A stretch of 64,000 nucleotides of DNA from an uncultured delta proteobacterium (GTDB taxonomy: Bacteria > Desulfobacterota > Syntrophobacteria > BM002): the NCBI GenBank assembly GCA_963712115.1, contig CAVQGX010000018.1, positions 95,127 to 159,126 on the forward strand, given 5' to 3'. Under the pieces are notes generated by a model, which was not told where the DNA came from, made no database searches, and worked only from the letters and a program-made list of their open reading frames with translations. Shown piece by piece: positions 38,544 through 47,167 of the stretch (the stretch's first letter is position 1; every line of letters starts with the position of its first letter). Made by a program: the position numbers and the translations under genes.

Positions 38544-38696
38544 CTAGGTTTCTTTACATTCCACGCAGCGGCCAAATTCATCGACACAGTCACTGCAGTG
38601 AAGTCGATTACAAACCTTGCATTCGGTCATGACGGTGCTTGTATCGCCTTCGTAGCTTTCGTCACATGCCGCACAGACAAACTGGGGATCTGTCAT
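38544..38696 (-). CDS. 50-aa protein with four CxxC pairs
   Basis: AGGAG RBS before ATG 38696; CAAC, CKVC, CSDC, CVEC. Confidence 0.75.
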   Translation of the reverse strand: MTDPQFVCAACDESYEGDTSTVMTECKVCNRLHCSDCVDEFGRCVECKET

Positions 38697-38829
38697 TTTA
38701 AGACTCCTATGTTTAGCAGTCCAAAAACCCACCTGCTGCGCTGGTGGTATAGTTAAAATTTTCTTGTAAAAAGATAATTAAAGGTCTCCCATTTATTATG
38801 GTCAATCGTGAGAAACCGAAAAAAAGTCT

Positions 38830-38935
38830 TCCCCTCCCTTGGCGGGAGGGGATAGAGGGGAGGGGGAACAATAATTAGATGGTCTCATTTTATCTTTCAC
38901 CCCCACCTTAGTCCTCCCCCGTCAAGGGGGAGGAG
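38830..38935. repeat. REP-like palindrome pair
   Basis: ccctcccttggcgggaggg..ggggagggg and tcacccccacc..cctcccccgtcaagggggagg. Confidence 0.65.
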
Positions 38936-38979
38936 AATTGGGAAGGCTTTAGCACCGAGAAGAGTATCTTTCACTGAAT

Positions 38980-39045
38980 CGCCCCCTATGGGGGCGCCAC
39001 CCTTTCGGGTCGGCTCATTGACCAAAGCCCCCGGCTATGCCGGGC
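38980..39045. mobile_element. Triple hairpin resembling an IS200/IS605 end remnant
   Basis: cgccccc-tat-gggggcg, accc-tttc-gggt, aaagcccccggc-tat-gccggg; no tnpA nearby. Confidence 0.4.
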
Positions 39046-39248
39046 TAAACACAATTCTTGAACTTGACCCTGGAAAACTCTTCCCATTGATTCAGAAGGT
39101 CATGCCTGTTCGCCCACACGAAAATTTCGCCGCGGCTCTCAACCAATCTTTCAATCCAGTCACGAAATCTGACTAGCTGCATAGGCTTACCGGGGATGGT
39201 CTGCACCTCAAGTAGCTTCAAGGCTTCTTCCAAACTCAAGTGGGCCAA
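39045..39248 (-). CDS. Hypothetical 67-aa protein
   Basis: AAGGAAGGAG RBS before TTG, directly after the DUF1641 gene. Confidence 0.65.
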   Translation of the reverse strand: MAHLSLEEALKLLEVQTIPGKPMQLVRFRDWIERLVESRGEIFVWANRHDLLNQWEEFSRVKFKNCV

Positions 39249-39271
39249 CGGTGTCTCCTTCCTTCATATTC

Positions 39272-39988
39272 TCAAGCAGATGAGGGCTTTTCCTCTAACC
39301 CCTGGACAGGTGAAATTGCATGGTCCTCTGCCGGGGATCCGTTTTTGAGCAGGGACAGCCCTTTTGTGAGCTCCAGCAAAACGCCCATGCCCTGTTTGAC
39401 TTCCCTGTTGCCCAGGGCGAACACCATGCCGAAGGGGCCGACCTCTTTGGCTTGAGACAAATCCACGGTGACCGGGATTTCAGCGGCCCTGTGCAGGAGA
39501 TTCAATGCTTGTGGAGCAGTGAGTTTCTTTGCCACTCCCACAAGATCTACCAAGCCGTTTCCGATCTGATCAATGTCTCTGGGAGTGTACGTTTGGGCTA
39601 TTTTCTGTAAGACCCCAAGCATACTGGCCATAATCTGAAAAACACCCTGATGTTCGAGCATGTCAAGGTAGGCGATGGCCTGAGGCACAGAGGATTTTAG
39701 TAGAGGCTCCACCGTCCGCAGAAAATCAATAAGGTTCTTCAGTTGGTCAATGGACCAGTTCATATTTCTCACATTTCTCAAAACCTTTTTCATGAGAAAG
39801 GTCAAATCTTCCAGCTGAAAATCCGCCTCTATCTCCACCAGTCCGTTGATAAGGGCCTGGACAGTTTCGTTGACCCTGGGGGTGACATCCTCCCTCAGTT
39901 CCCTCAAGGACCTGGCAGCGTCGGTCAAGACAAAGATTTCCTTTTCCAAACTATCGAGTCGTTCCATTATGGCTTGTTCATTAGTCAT
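39272..39988 (-). CDS. DUF1641-type helical protein
   Basis: C-terminal VGPFGMVFALGNREVKQGMGVLLELTKGL; usual neighbour of SQR-like genes. Confidence 0.8.
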   Translation of the reverse strand: MTNEQAIMERLDSLEKEIFVLTDAARSLRELREDVTPRVNETVQALINGLVEIEADFQLEDLTFLMKKVLRNVRNMNWSIDQLKNLIDFLRTVEPLLKSSVPQAIAYLDMLEHQGVFQIMASMLGVLQKIAQTYTPRDIDQIGNGLVDLVGVAKKLTAPQALNLLHRAAEIPVTVDLSQAKEVGPFGMVFALGNREVKQGMGVLLELTKGLSLLKNGSPAEDHAISPVQGLEEKPSSA

Positions 39989-40003
39989 AACTTACCCTCC
40001 AGG

Positions 40004-41239
40004 CTATGCAGCCTGCCTGAGCTTGCCCGCCATGTTGAACTGGGATTCCAATGGCAGTTCAAGACCTTTCATTAAAAGGTTCCAGTACACCCACTTGAAC
40101 ATCATCTTCCCCCAATGGTTGCCGAAGGTCTCCTGCAGCAAGGTGAATGGCCCTAGCCCAGGAAAGGGAAATTTGCCAGGCAAGGGTTCCACCTCATAGT
40201 TGAAGTCGAGGAGAATGGCCTTCTCGAACCCAGAAGACAAAAAACAGGTTGCATGGCCGTCGAAAGTTGGCAGGGGCTCATGACCGTCTATCTCGCGAAC
40301 CAGGTTTTCCACAACGGTATAGGACATGTAATGAGCCACCGAGCCTGCCTTTGAGGTGGGCGCGTTGGTAGCATCTCCTAATACATAGACCCGATCAACA
40401 GTCTGAGCTTTCAGGGTGCGCTGGTCCACCTGCATATAGCCCATGGGATCTCCCATCCCGGAATCCGAAATGGCCTTGTCGCCAAAGTTGGGTGGTATGG
40501 CTACCAGAAGGTCGTATCCCACCTTGTCGCCTTTGTGGGACTCGATGGTCTTTTCATTTGGATTAACCCTGGCGAGATCGAAATAGGGGGTGACCTTGAT
40601 ATTTTTCTTTTTGGCAAAGCTAGCCAAAGCTTTTGCAGCCACCGGTTTAGTGAAGATGTTGTCGATAGGGGTTACGAATTCAATCTCCACCTTGTCCCTG
40701 ACACCGTTCACCTGAAAAAACCAGTCTGCCATGAAAACAAACTCTATGGGGGCGATGGGACATTTGTAAGGAAATTCGGCAATATTGAGGACGACCTTAC
40801 CGGAACTAAAGTACTTTAGCTTATTGCGTAAGGCCACCGCCCCATCTAGAGTGTAGAAGTCGAAGACGTCTTCGCGCCAAACATCCATCATTCCTTCCAC
40901 TTCCTGGGGGACAATCCTGCAGCCGCTGGCAATTACCAGGTAATCGTAGTCGTAGGTGTCTCCTTTCGCTGTCTCCAGATAGCGCTGGTTAGTGTCAATC
41001 TTGGTTACGTTGTCGACAACAAAATCAACCCCTTGAGGAATGAAGTCGCGCTTGGGCTTGAGCACGTCCTCACTGGAGTACAACCCGAAGGGTATGAAAA
41101 GATACCCCGACTGAAAGTGATGTTGCTCGTCCTTGTCAATCATGGTGATTTGCCAGTCGCTGTCTTTCAATTCATGCCGCAGGTTAGCGGCAACCATGGT
41201 GCCGCCGGCCCCTGCTCCTAAAATGACTATCTTTCTCAT
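40004..41239 (-). CDS. sqr: Sulfide:quinone oxidoreductase-like flavoprotein (type III-like)
   Basis: GAGAGG, YDYLVIASG, KCPIAP and HATCF cysteines, LGDA..PTSKAGSVAH; GGAGG RBS before ATG 41239. Confidence 0.82.
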   Translation of the reverse strand: MRKIVILGAGAGGTMVAANLRHELKDSDWQITMIDKDEQHHFQSGYLFIPFGLYSSEDVLKPKRDFIPQGVDFVVDNVTKIDTNQRYLETAKGDTYDYDYLVIASGCRIVPQEVEGMMDVWREDVFDFYTLDGAVALRNKLKYFSSGKVVLNIAEFPYKCPIAPIEFVFMADWFFQVNGVRDKVEIEFVTPIDNIFTKPVAAKALASFAKKKNIKVTPYFDLARVNPNEKTIESHKGDKVGYDLLVAIPPNFGDKAISDSGMGDPMGYMQVDQRTLKAQTVDRVYVLGDATNAPTSKAGSVAHYMSYTVVENLVREIDGHEPLPTFDGHATCFLSSGFEKAILLDFNYEVEPLPGKFPFPGLGPFTLLQETFGNHWGKMMFKWVYWNLLMKGLELPLESQFNMAGKLRQAA

Positions 41240-41312
41240 AACGATTGCCTCCATAAAGTGTGGGAATAGATTTTTTGCATAGCACCAAAAAACAAGGTTT
41301 ATCCGCAGAGTA

Positions 41313-41780
41313 TTAGTAGCTGCTTGCCCTTCGCAGATAGCGTGAAGTCCTTCCATGTGTACGCAGGAGAAAGCTATAGGTTGTTGTTAGTCTGCGGCCG
41401 ATAATTCCGGCCACCTGCTTGTAAAATGAAAGCCCGGAGGTCGGATATCTCCCGAATATTTCGAGTAGATCATTATTTCTAATTCTCTGCAATTTAGTTG
41501 GGGAGGAACAGACCGCCGTCGCCGTGTAAACGTGGTGGTCAACCAGGCTGGACCAGCCGAAAGCGTCCCCCGGATTTTTTACAACGTGAGTTACATAGCC
41601 GTCTTCTCCGATGCTCAACTCGACGCTTCCTTGTGTGAGGATGTAAAAATCGAGGGCAACTTCACCTTTCTCAAACAGGACAGTGCCCTCGTCGTAAGAC
41701 TCCTCCACCATAATTTCCTGGATTTCCTTGACGACTTGCCGATCCAGACCTTTTAAGAGATCAGCTTCTAGCATAACCAT
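41313..41780 (-). CDS. Stand-alone cyclic-nucleotide-binding domain protein
   Basis: LFEKGE, FYILTQGSV, PGDAFGWSSL, YTATA; no HTH; AAGGAGG RBS. Confidence 0.85.
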   Translation of the reverse strand: MVMLEADLLKGLDRQVVKEIQEIMVEESYDEGTVLFEKGEVALDFYILTQGSVELSIGEDGYVTHVVKNPGDAFGWSSLVDHHVYTATAVCSSPTKLQRIRNNDLLEIFGRYPTSGLSFYKQVAGIIGRRLTTTYSFLLRTHGRTSRYLRRASSY

Positions 41781-41941
41781 AAGAACCTCCTTAATTTGTG
41801 GATGCTGGTAATTGTAAATCCTTCGCGCCTTAATCACCTCAAGGTAATCCTGCCTGGAGACTGAAATGCAAACAACTAGTGAAAGCGGAATACCTCAAAG
41901 CTGTAGAAGCCGGATTGGTAGAGAAGGGTGCGCTCTCAGGG

Positions 41942-42091
41942 TTAAAGGCTCACAACCGCCTCTTCGTCTCTCCTGCCTCTATAGTGATAGGCAAATTTAT
42001 CCTCGCAGCAATCGGGACACCACTCTAATGCCCTATCCACCCAGTTGCCACAGGAACAGATCCATTGATCCTTCAGTGCATCAACCAACAT
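41942..42091 (-). CDS. 49-aa zinc-ribbon-like protein (absent from the ORF track)
   Basis: Hand translation MLVDALKDQWICSCGNWVDRALEWCPDCCEDKFAYHYRGRRDEEAVVSL; GAGGAGGA RBS. Confidence 0.72.
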   Translation of the reverse strand: MLVDALKDQWICSCGNWVDRALEWCPDCCEDKFAYHYRGRRDEEAVVSL

Positions 42092-42242
42092 AATTTCTCC
42101 TCCTCGAGCTTTACAGTTAACAAATAATTAAGGTTCTTTATTGACAGCTTTCTAGACTGCCATGCACATTCGAGAATCCTTCATTGGCTCAAAATATGAG
42201 ATGAATAATTTTCGGGACTTAAGTTACAAATTTGGCGATGGG

Positions 42243-42272
42243 TACCACAATGTGGGAGCAAATCCTGTGCCA
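42243..42272 (-). promoter_or_regulatory. sigma54 promoter with abutting CCACA-N-TGTGG operator
   Basis: TGGCACAGGATTTGCT (42272-42257); TACCACAATGTGGGA (42243-42257). Confidence 0.78.
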
Positions 42273-42608
42273 GCTCCACCTAACCATCAGCATGGATTGG
42301 AAGGATTTGAGGGAAACCGGAGATGAAATAAAAATCTAACTATAAGAAACTCCAACAAAATAATTCATGACTTATGGTTTTACTCGGGGCAAATTAATTC
42401 CACCAGGTACGTTTTGCTGGAAGATCTTACAATGTGCTGCTTTGTTTGAATACAGGACAATATCTATTAGTTTACATATTTATAATTGAAAAACAGTAGT
42501 TTATGCGTGTAAGAATTCCGGACACTAATTCTTGTTGGGCAACGGATTGCGAATTTAAAAATTGACCCGCAGACTTCACTAGCATTGGGCCCTTTCATGG
42601 AAAAAAGC

Positions 42609-42638
42609 TTGCTCTTGTGCCACACTGTGGCATATAAT
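42609..42638 (+). promoter_or_regulatory. sigma70-type promoter with perfect palindromic operator in the spacer
   Basis: TTGCTC-N18-TATAAT enclosing TGCCACA-C-TGTGGCA (42618-42632). Confidence 0.7.
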
Positions 42639-42733
42639 TACCACTGATTTTTTTAATTCACTTGGGGACTTACCACAGAGCTAATGAGCGTGCTCCCAGG
42701 TTAGGATGAATAACTCTTTGTCCGGCAGGGAGA

Positions 42734-43120
42734 GTGATGAACAAAAAAGAGTTCTCAAACATTCGTGAGCGTCTGGGAAAATCGCAAAGGGAAATGGCCC
42801 AGCTTTTGGCAGTTTCTCTTAAGGCAATTCAGAGTTTCGAGCAAGGTTGGAGAAACATTCCAACCCATGTTCAAAGACAGTCCCTGTTCCTTCTGGCCAT
42901 GAAGGAATCCAAGTATGGGAGAAAGCCTTGTTGGGACCTCCAGGGCTGTCCCTCAGAAACAAGAGAAAAATGTCCCGCCTGGGAATATCACAGTGGGAAT
43001 CTCTGTTGGTTTATTAGCGGGACCATATGTCAAGGAGAGGTTCAAGGAAATTGGGAAAGCAAGATGAAGATATGCCGAAAATGTAAAGTTTTTAAATCCA
43101 TGTTAGACTTTAAGCCATAA
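42734..43120 (+). CDS. XRE HTH regulator with Cys-rich two-CW C-terminal domain
   Basis: RERLGKSQREMAQLLAVS..QSFEQGWR; CW..C..CPAW..CW..GTIC..CRKC. Confidence 0.85.
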   Translation: MMNKKEFSNIRERLGKSQREMAQLLAVSLKAIQSFEQGWRNIPTHVQRQSLFLLAMKESKYGRKPCWDLQGCPSETREKCPAWEYHSGNLCWFISGTICQGEVQGNWESKMKICRKCKVFKSMLDFKP

Positions 43121-43137
43121 ATTTTTGTCCAATCCCT

Positions 43138-43471
43138 TAACCCGGATATCTGATGAATTCACGCCTTGGCGTGACTGCAACCACGGATATGGCCGTCCTC
43201 CCTGGCGTCCTCGCGTGTCGGCCCCTGCGACGTACCGTTTAGGTAAGCCTCGGCTTCGATCTTGGATTTGGGATTTCGGATCTCGGATTCTTGAGTACAA
43301 TTGATGATATCGAACTTAACAGTTCAGATTTCACCATTTGTTCTCTGGTTCTCACGTACTCTTCAGCAAATTTTAAATCCGCATTCCGCAATTTGCATTC
43401 CGCAATCGTCGACCCGGTGGCCCGCCCATCTTCGCGGTCTCGCGACAGCAATTCATGAAATATCCGGGTTA
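43138..43471 (-). mobile_element. MITE family A, copy 3, with nested heptamer inverted-repeat insert
   Basis: TAACCCGGATAT..ATATCCGGGTTA ends; arms match copies 1 and 4; about 150 extra bp at ~43255-43410. Confidence 0.78.
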
Positions 43472-43546
43472 GCCCTATCCAGCGAAAACTCTTTTCAGTC
43501 ACAACCATTTTCCAGCATTCCATTATTTCAGTAAGGCCTCTTAACT

Positions 43547-43814
43547 GGTTTATCCGGAATTTGCCCGGATGGTCATCTTGTGGCCATAGATGCTATGGTT
43601 ACCCCGCGGCAGGGGGATTTCTGAGGCAGAGTGCATCTGAGCCACCGGTGTCTTGCTTTGGCAGGCTGGTATGGACTTTGTCTGCGTCGGCGGTAACCTT
43701 TTTAAAAACTACAGGCCGCAGTCCAATAGATACGAATATGCATCTTTGTCGAAGAACTTCCCCTGTCTCATCGAGTTCTTTCAGCATCGCAGCCAAGCAA
43801 ATTCCGGATGAACC
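43547..43814 (+). mobile_element. MITE family B, copy 1 (~270 bp)
   Basis: TIR GGTTTATCCGGAATTTGC/GCAAATTCCGGATGAACC; homologous to 46405 and 63173. Confidence 0.8.
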
Positions 43815-45655
43815 TAAATTATTCCATGAAGAGGACCCCCGGGTGCACCCATGGCATCCACCCGCCTTTCTATTTCAGGATCATCTTCCAGAGGAGGGGC
43901 GTGGTAGGTCTTCAAGCGGGCATCAATTATTAGAGAGCCCCTACATCCCCAATGCTTGCAGTGAGTAAAAGCCCCGGACCCATAAATATCTGTGGCCGGA
44001 TCTGATCTGGTAAATGTAACCCAAAGGAAATTTTCCCATGATTTAGTGGTGAAATTTGAGTCGTCAACCAAGACAATGAGAGGCAAAGTAGAAAGCTCTG
44101 CAGATTTCGCCAAAAACGCTGCCAATTTCTCCACGGCAGGGTCATGCTCATCCCGTCCTTTTTGATGGGGTCGGCCCTGCACAACAATAATTCCCGGCGC
44201 AAACACTCTAGGTCGACTGAAGCCTTTGGGCAAGGAGAGGTTGGTGGGGAGTATATCATCCAGCTCTTTGAGCTTTGGCCCGGCCGTAGCGACAACAAGC
44301 TTTGAGCCCTGGTTTAAGCTAATACCCGAATAGTCCAGGGTGTCCATGGTGGTCCGGGTGATGAAGTGCAGGTCTCTTTCCCAGTTAGCCCGCTCGAGTA
44401 TGTGTTTGAAAAAACGCGGGATGTTATGGGCGCTCAAGCTGGGGTCGTCTTCTCTGGCACAGATAAATACATACTTGGCCAGAGACGTTTGACTGGTACC
44501 CAACAGAGAGAGGCCGCAAGTGATGACCTCTTGTGGTTCCCTCTTTTCCGCATAGGGCACATAGCGCTCACTGCCTATGGCTAAAAGCAAGGGGTGGACA
44601 CCAGAAGCATCCACCGCATTCACCTCATGCACTCCAGAAAAAACCGAAGGCACCAGAGCCGCGGTGAGTTCATGGATAAAAGCCCCGAAAACAGAATCCT
44701 CTTGCGGTGGTCGCCCCACGGTGGTAAAGGGCCAGATAGCTTTTTCTCGATGAAAAACCTTTTCCACCTTGAGTACCGGAAAGTCATGCACAAGACTGTA
44801 ATATCCTAGATGATCTCCAAAGGGACCTTCCGGCAGCTGGCGCCCCGGATCAATGTAGCCGCTAATACAAAAATCAGCCTCAGCCAGTATGGGAAGTGCA
44901 TTGCCCCTGGCTACCATCTTTATTTTGTGCCCACCGAGAATCCCAGCAAAAAATATTTCAGGTAAGCCTTCGGGAAGGGGCATTATGGCAGCGATTGTCA
45001 TGGCCGGAGGTCCGCCGATAAAGACATTCACTTTAAAGGGAACCTTGGCCTTGATTGCCTGAGCGTGATGGTAGCCGATACCCCGATGGATCTGGTAGTG
45101 CAGCCCCACTTCCTCATTGGGCTCATAGCTCCCACCCGAGAGCTGCACCCTGTACATGCCCAGATTGGAGTGCGCAAATCCCGGCTTTTCAATGCTTTCG
45201 GTATAAACCTGAGGCAAGGTAATATAGCCGCCCCCGTCCTTCGGCCAGGATTTGAGCTGGGGAAGGCTGGATATACAGGTCTGTTTTGCCAGCACCGGAC
45301 CAGTACTCACTTTTTTCGGCAGTGCATTTCGCAGAGCCTTGGGCAGAGCTGCGAACTTCCAGGGTCTCCTTAGTAATGCAACCGGGTCCACCTTCAGTTT
45401 TACCAGGTTCTCAATTGTTCTAAGGGTGTCACGAAAGATGAACTTGGCCCTTCCCAGAGTGCCGAAGATATTTCCAGTCATGGGGAAAGGGCAGCCTTTC
45501 ACCCTGGTGAAAAGCAGGGCAGGGCCCTGTACCTGGTAAACACGGCGCTGTATAGCGGCGATCTCGAGGTTAGGATCGACCTCCTGGGCAATGCGGACGA
45601 GTTCTCCCCGGGACTCCAACTCTGCCAGACACTGAGAAAGATTCTGATAGCCCAC
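43814..45655 (-). CDS. ubiD: UbiD-family prFMN decarboxylase
   Basis: VDPNLEI, GPALLF, WPKDGG, NLGMYR, EGPFGDHLGYY, GRPPQED. Confidence 0.9.
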   Translation of the reverse strand: MGYQNLSQCLAELESRGELVRIAQEVDPNLEIAAIQRRVYQVQGPALLFTRVKGCPFPMTGNIFGTLGRAKFIFRDTLRTIENLVKLKVDPVALLRRPWKFAALPKALRNALPKKVSTGPVLAKQTCISSLPQLKSWPKDGGGYITLPQVYTESIEKPGFAHSNLGMYRVQLSGGSYEPNEEVGLHYQIHRGIGYHHAQAIKAKVPFKVNVFIGGPPAMTIAAIMPLPEGLPEIFFAGILGGHKIKMVARGNALPILAEADFCISGYIDPGRQLPEGPFGDHLGYYSLVHDFPVLKVEKVFHREKAIWPFTTVGRPPQEDSVFGAFIHELTAALVPSVFSGVHEVNAVDASGVHPLLLAIGSERYVPYAEKREPQEVITCGLSLLGTSQTSLAKYVFICAREDDPSLSAHNIPRFFKHILERANWERDLHFITRTTMDTLDYSGISLNQGSKLVVATAGPKLKELDDILPTNLSLPKGFSRPRVFAPGIIVVQGRPHQKGRDEHDPAVEKLAAFLAKSAELSTLPLIVLVDDSNFTTKSWENFLWVTFTRSDPATDIYGSGAFTHCKHWGCRGSLIIDARLKTYHAPPLEDDPEIERRVDAMGAPGGPLHGII

Positions 45656-45757
45656 TGGTCAATTCTCCATCGGCCAATTTATTAATCTGCGCAAGATTGT
45701 AATGCAGTCTTGGTGAAATATAATTTGCCGAGGAGACAGGATCAGAATTCTTCTGAT

Positions 45758-46384
45758 TTATGCCTCGCCCTGCAATTCTTCGGCCTTCTGGAAAGCCTTC
45801 TCCATATCTGGAAGATGGGTGATTTCTGGGACTACTTGAATGTAGCGCACCTTACCTTCTCTGTCCACCAGGATAACTGATCTCGAAAGCAGCATGAGAT
45901 CATTAATTAGAAGACCGGTGGACCTGCCGAATGAAGCATCACCATGATCCGAAAGATATTGAAGATTTGTAAGTTTGGCCTCTTTGGCGAATCGTTTCTG
46001 AGCAAAAGGTGTGTCGCGGCTAATGGTGATTCGCTTGATCTCCGGCGAAAGCTTGTCTCCCTCCTCACCCAGGTAGTGGGTCTGAGCGTCACAAACCGGT
46101 GTGTCCAAAGACGGCACAATGCTCAGAAAGAGGACCGAACCTCTCATGGTGGAAAGGTCAACTTTTGCCATGGTGTTAGCGTCCCTCAGTTCCACAGAAG
46201 GCAAACTTTTTCCAACGGTTATGGGCGTACCGAGCAATTTGAAGCTTTGCCCTTTTAGCGCCACAGAGGTTCCTGGTTCAACTGAGAACTCATCCACGGG
46301 GATGTTGGTCTGGGTGGTGGCGCAACCAATTAGCAAACTGAGAAATATAACCATCATCAAAAAAGGAAGTTTTCTCGTAATCAT
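45758..46384 (-). CDS. tpx: Thiol peroxidase (Tpx) with lipoprotein signal
   Basis: VPSLDTPVC, ISRDTPFAQKRF, LSDH..FG, LLSR; lipobox LIGC. Confidence 0.88.
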   Translation of the reverse strand: MITRKLPFLMMVIFLSLLIGCATTQTNIPVDEFSVEPGTSVALKGQSFKLLGTPITVGKSLPSVELRDANTMAKVDLSTMRGSVLFLSIVPSLDTPVCDAQTHYLGEEGDKLSPEIKRITISRDTPFAQKRFAKEAKLTNLQYLSDHGDASFGRSTGLLINDLMLLSRSVILVDREGKVRYIQVVPEITHLPDMEKAFQKAEELQGEA

Positions 46385-46404
46385 TTTCGTCTCTCCTCAT
46401 TTTA

Positions 46405-46673
46405 GTTTCATCCGGAATTTGCTTGGATGCGATGATGAAAGAACTGAATTGGACAGGGGTATTTCCTCGACAAAGCTGCATATTCGCATCTGTTGGACTC
46501 AAGATTGTGGTCCTTTAAAACGTCTGCCGCCGACGCAGACAAAGTCTACACCAGCCTGCCAAAGCAAAACACCGGTGGCTCAGATGCATTTTGCCTCAGA
46601 ACTCCCCCTGTCCCGGGGTAGCCATAATATCAATGGTCACAAGATCACCATCCAAGCAAATTCCGAATTAATC
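46405..46673 (-). mobile_element. MITE family B, copy 2 (inverted)
   Basis: Reverse-complement match to 43547-43814 along its whole length. Confidence 0.8.
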
Positions 46674-46853
46674 ACATTTGAAAAAGTTTTAACCAGCTAA
46701 GTATTACGGTCTGATCTACCATTCTAATGCTGTAATTAGGATTTAAAAATTAAGTATGGAAAGGAGAAATGTAAAGTGAGGCAGGCCATTCAATGGTTAA
46801 CTTAGTCTGTGGGTCTTGTCGTCACAATCTCGGTCAGCTACAATTAGCGACAC

Positions 46854-46981
46854 GGTGAAATAACCGGCCGCACTTGGTCATTTCACCAAATTATCATCAC
46901 CGCTCTAAGTTCCGATAAATAGCTAACATACTGTATTTAATAGTTTATCCAGCCGACAATTGCTGTGGCATGCATATTGAT
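46854..46981 (+). promoter_or_regulatory. Tandem UAS and variant sigma54 promoter of the cytochrome operon
   Basis: GGTGAAATAACCG-N7-TTGGTCATTTCACCAAAT; TGGCATGCATATTGAT at 46966-46981. Confidence 0.75.
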
Positions 46982-47167
46982 AATGCTCTATTACTTCACT
47001 CTCTTCTCACCCGACGCACCCGAAATAGATAACGCGCATACCTCGCATTCTGGGAGAGAGGGCCCCTTAGATACTTGGGAGTGTTGCTGCCATATGGTTC
47101 CGGACCATAAGAGCTCACTCAAGAATAAATGTAAACTTGAGCCTACTTGGGAAATGGGAGAGTCTAA

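Noticed and set aside
41866-41915. c-di-GMP-I riboswitch-like GCAAAC..GAAA..AAAGC
   Set aside because: Stem pairing is absent and it lies on the strand opposite the operon
43239-43968. ORFs in MITE or repeat DNA (also 46101-46700, 56618-56863, 63140-63400, 10800-11000, 14926-15138)
   Set aside because: They coincide with repeats, lack RBSs and show no protein-like motifs
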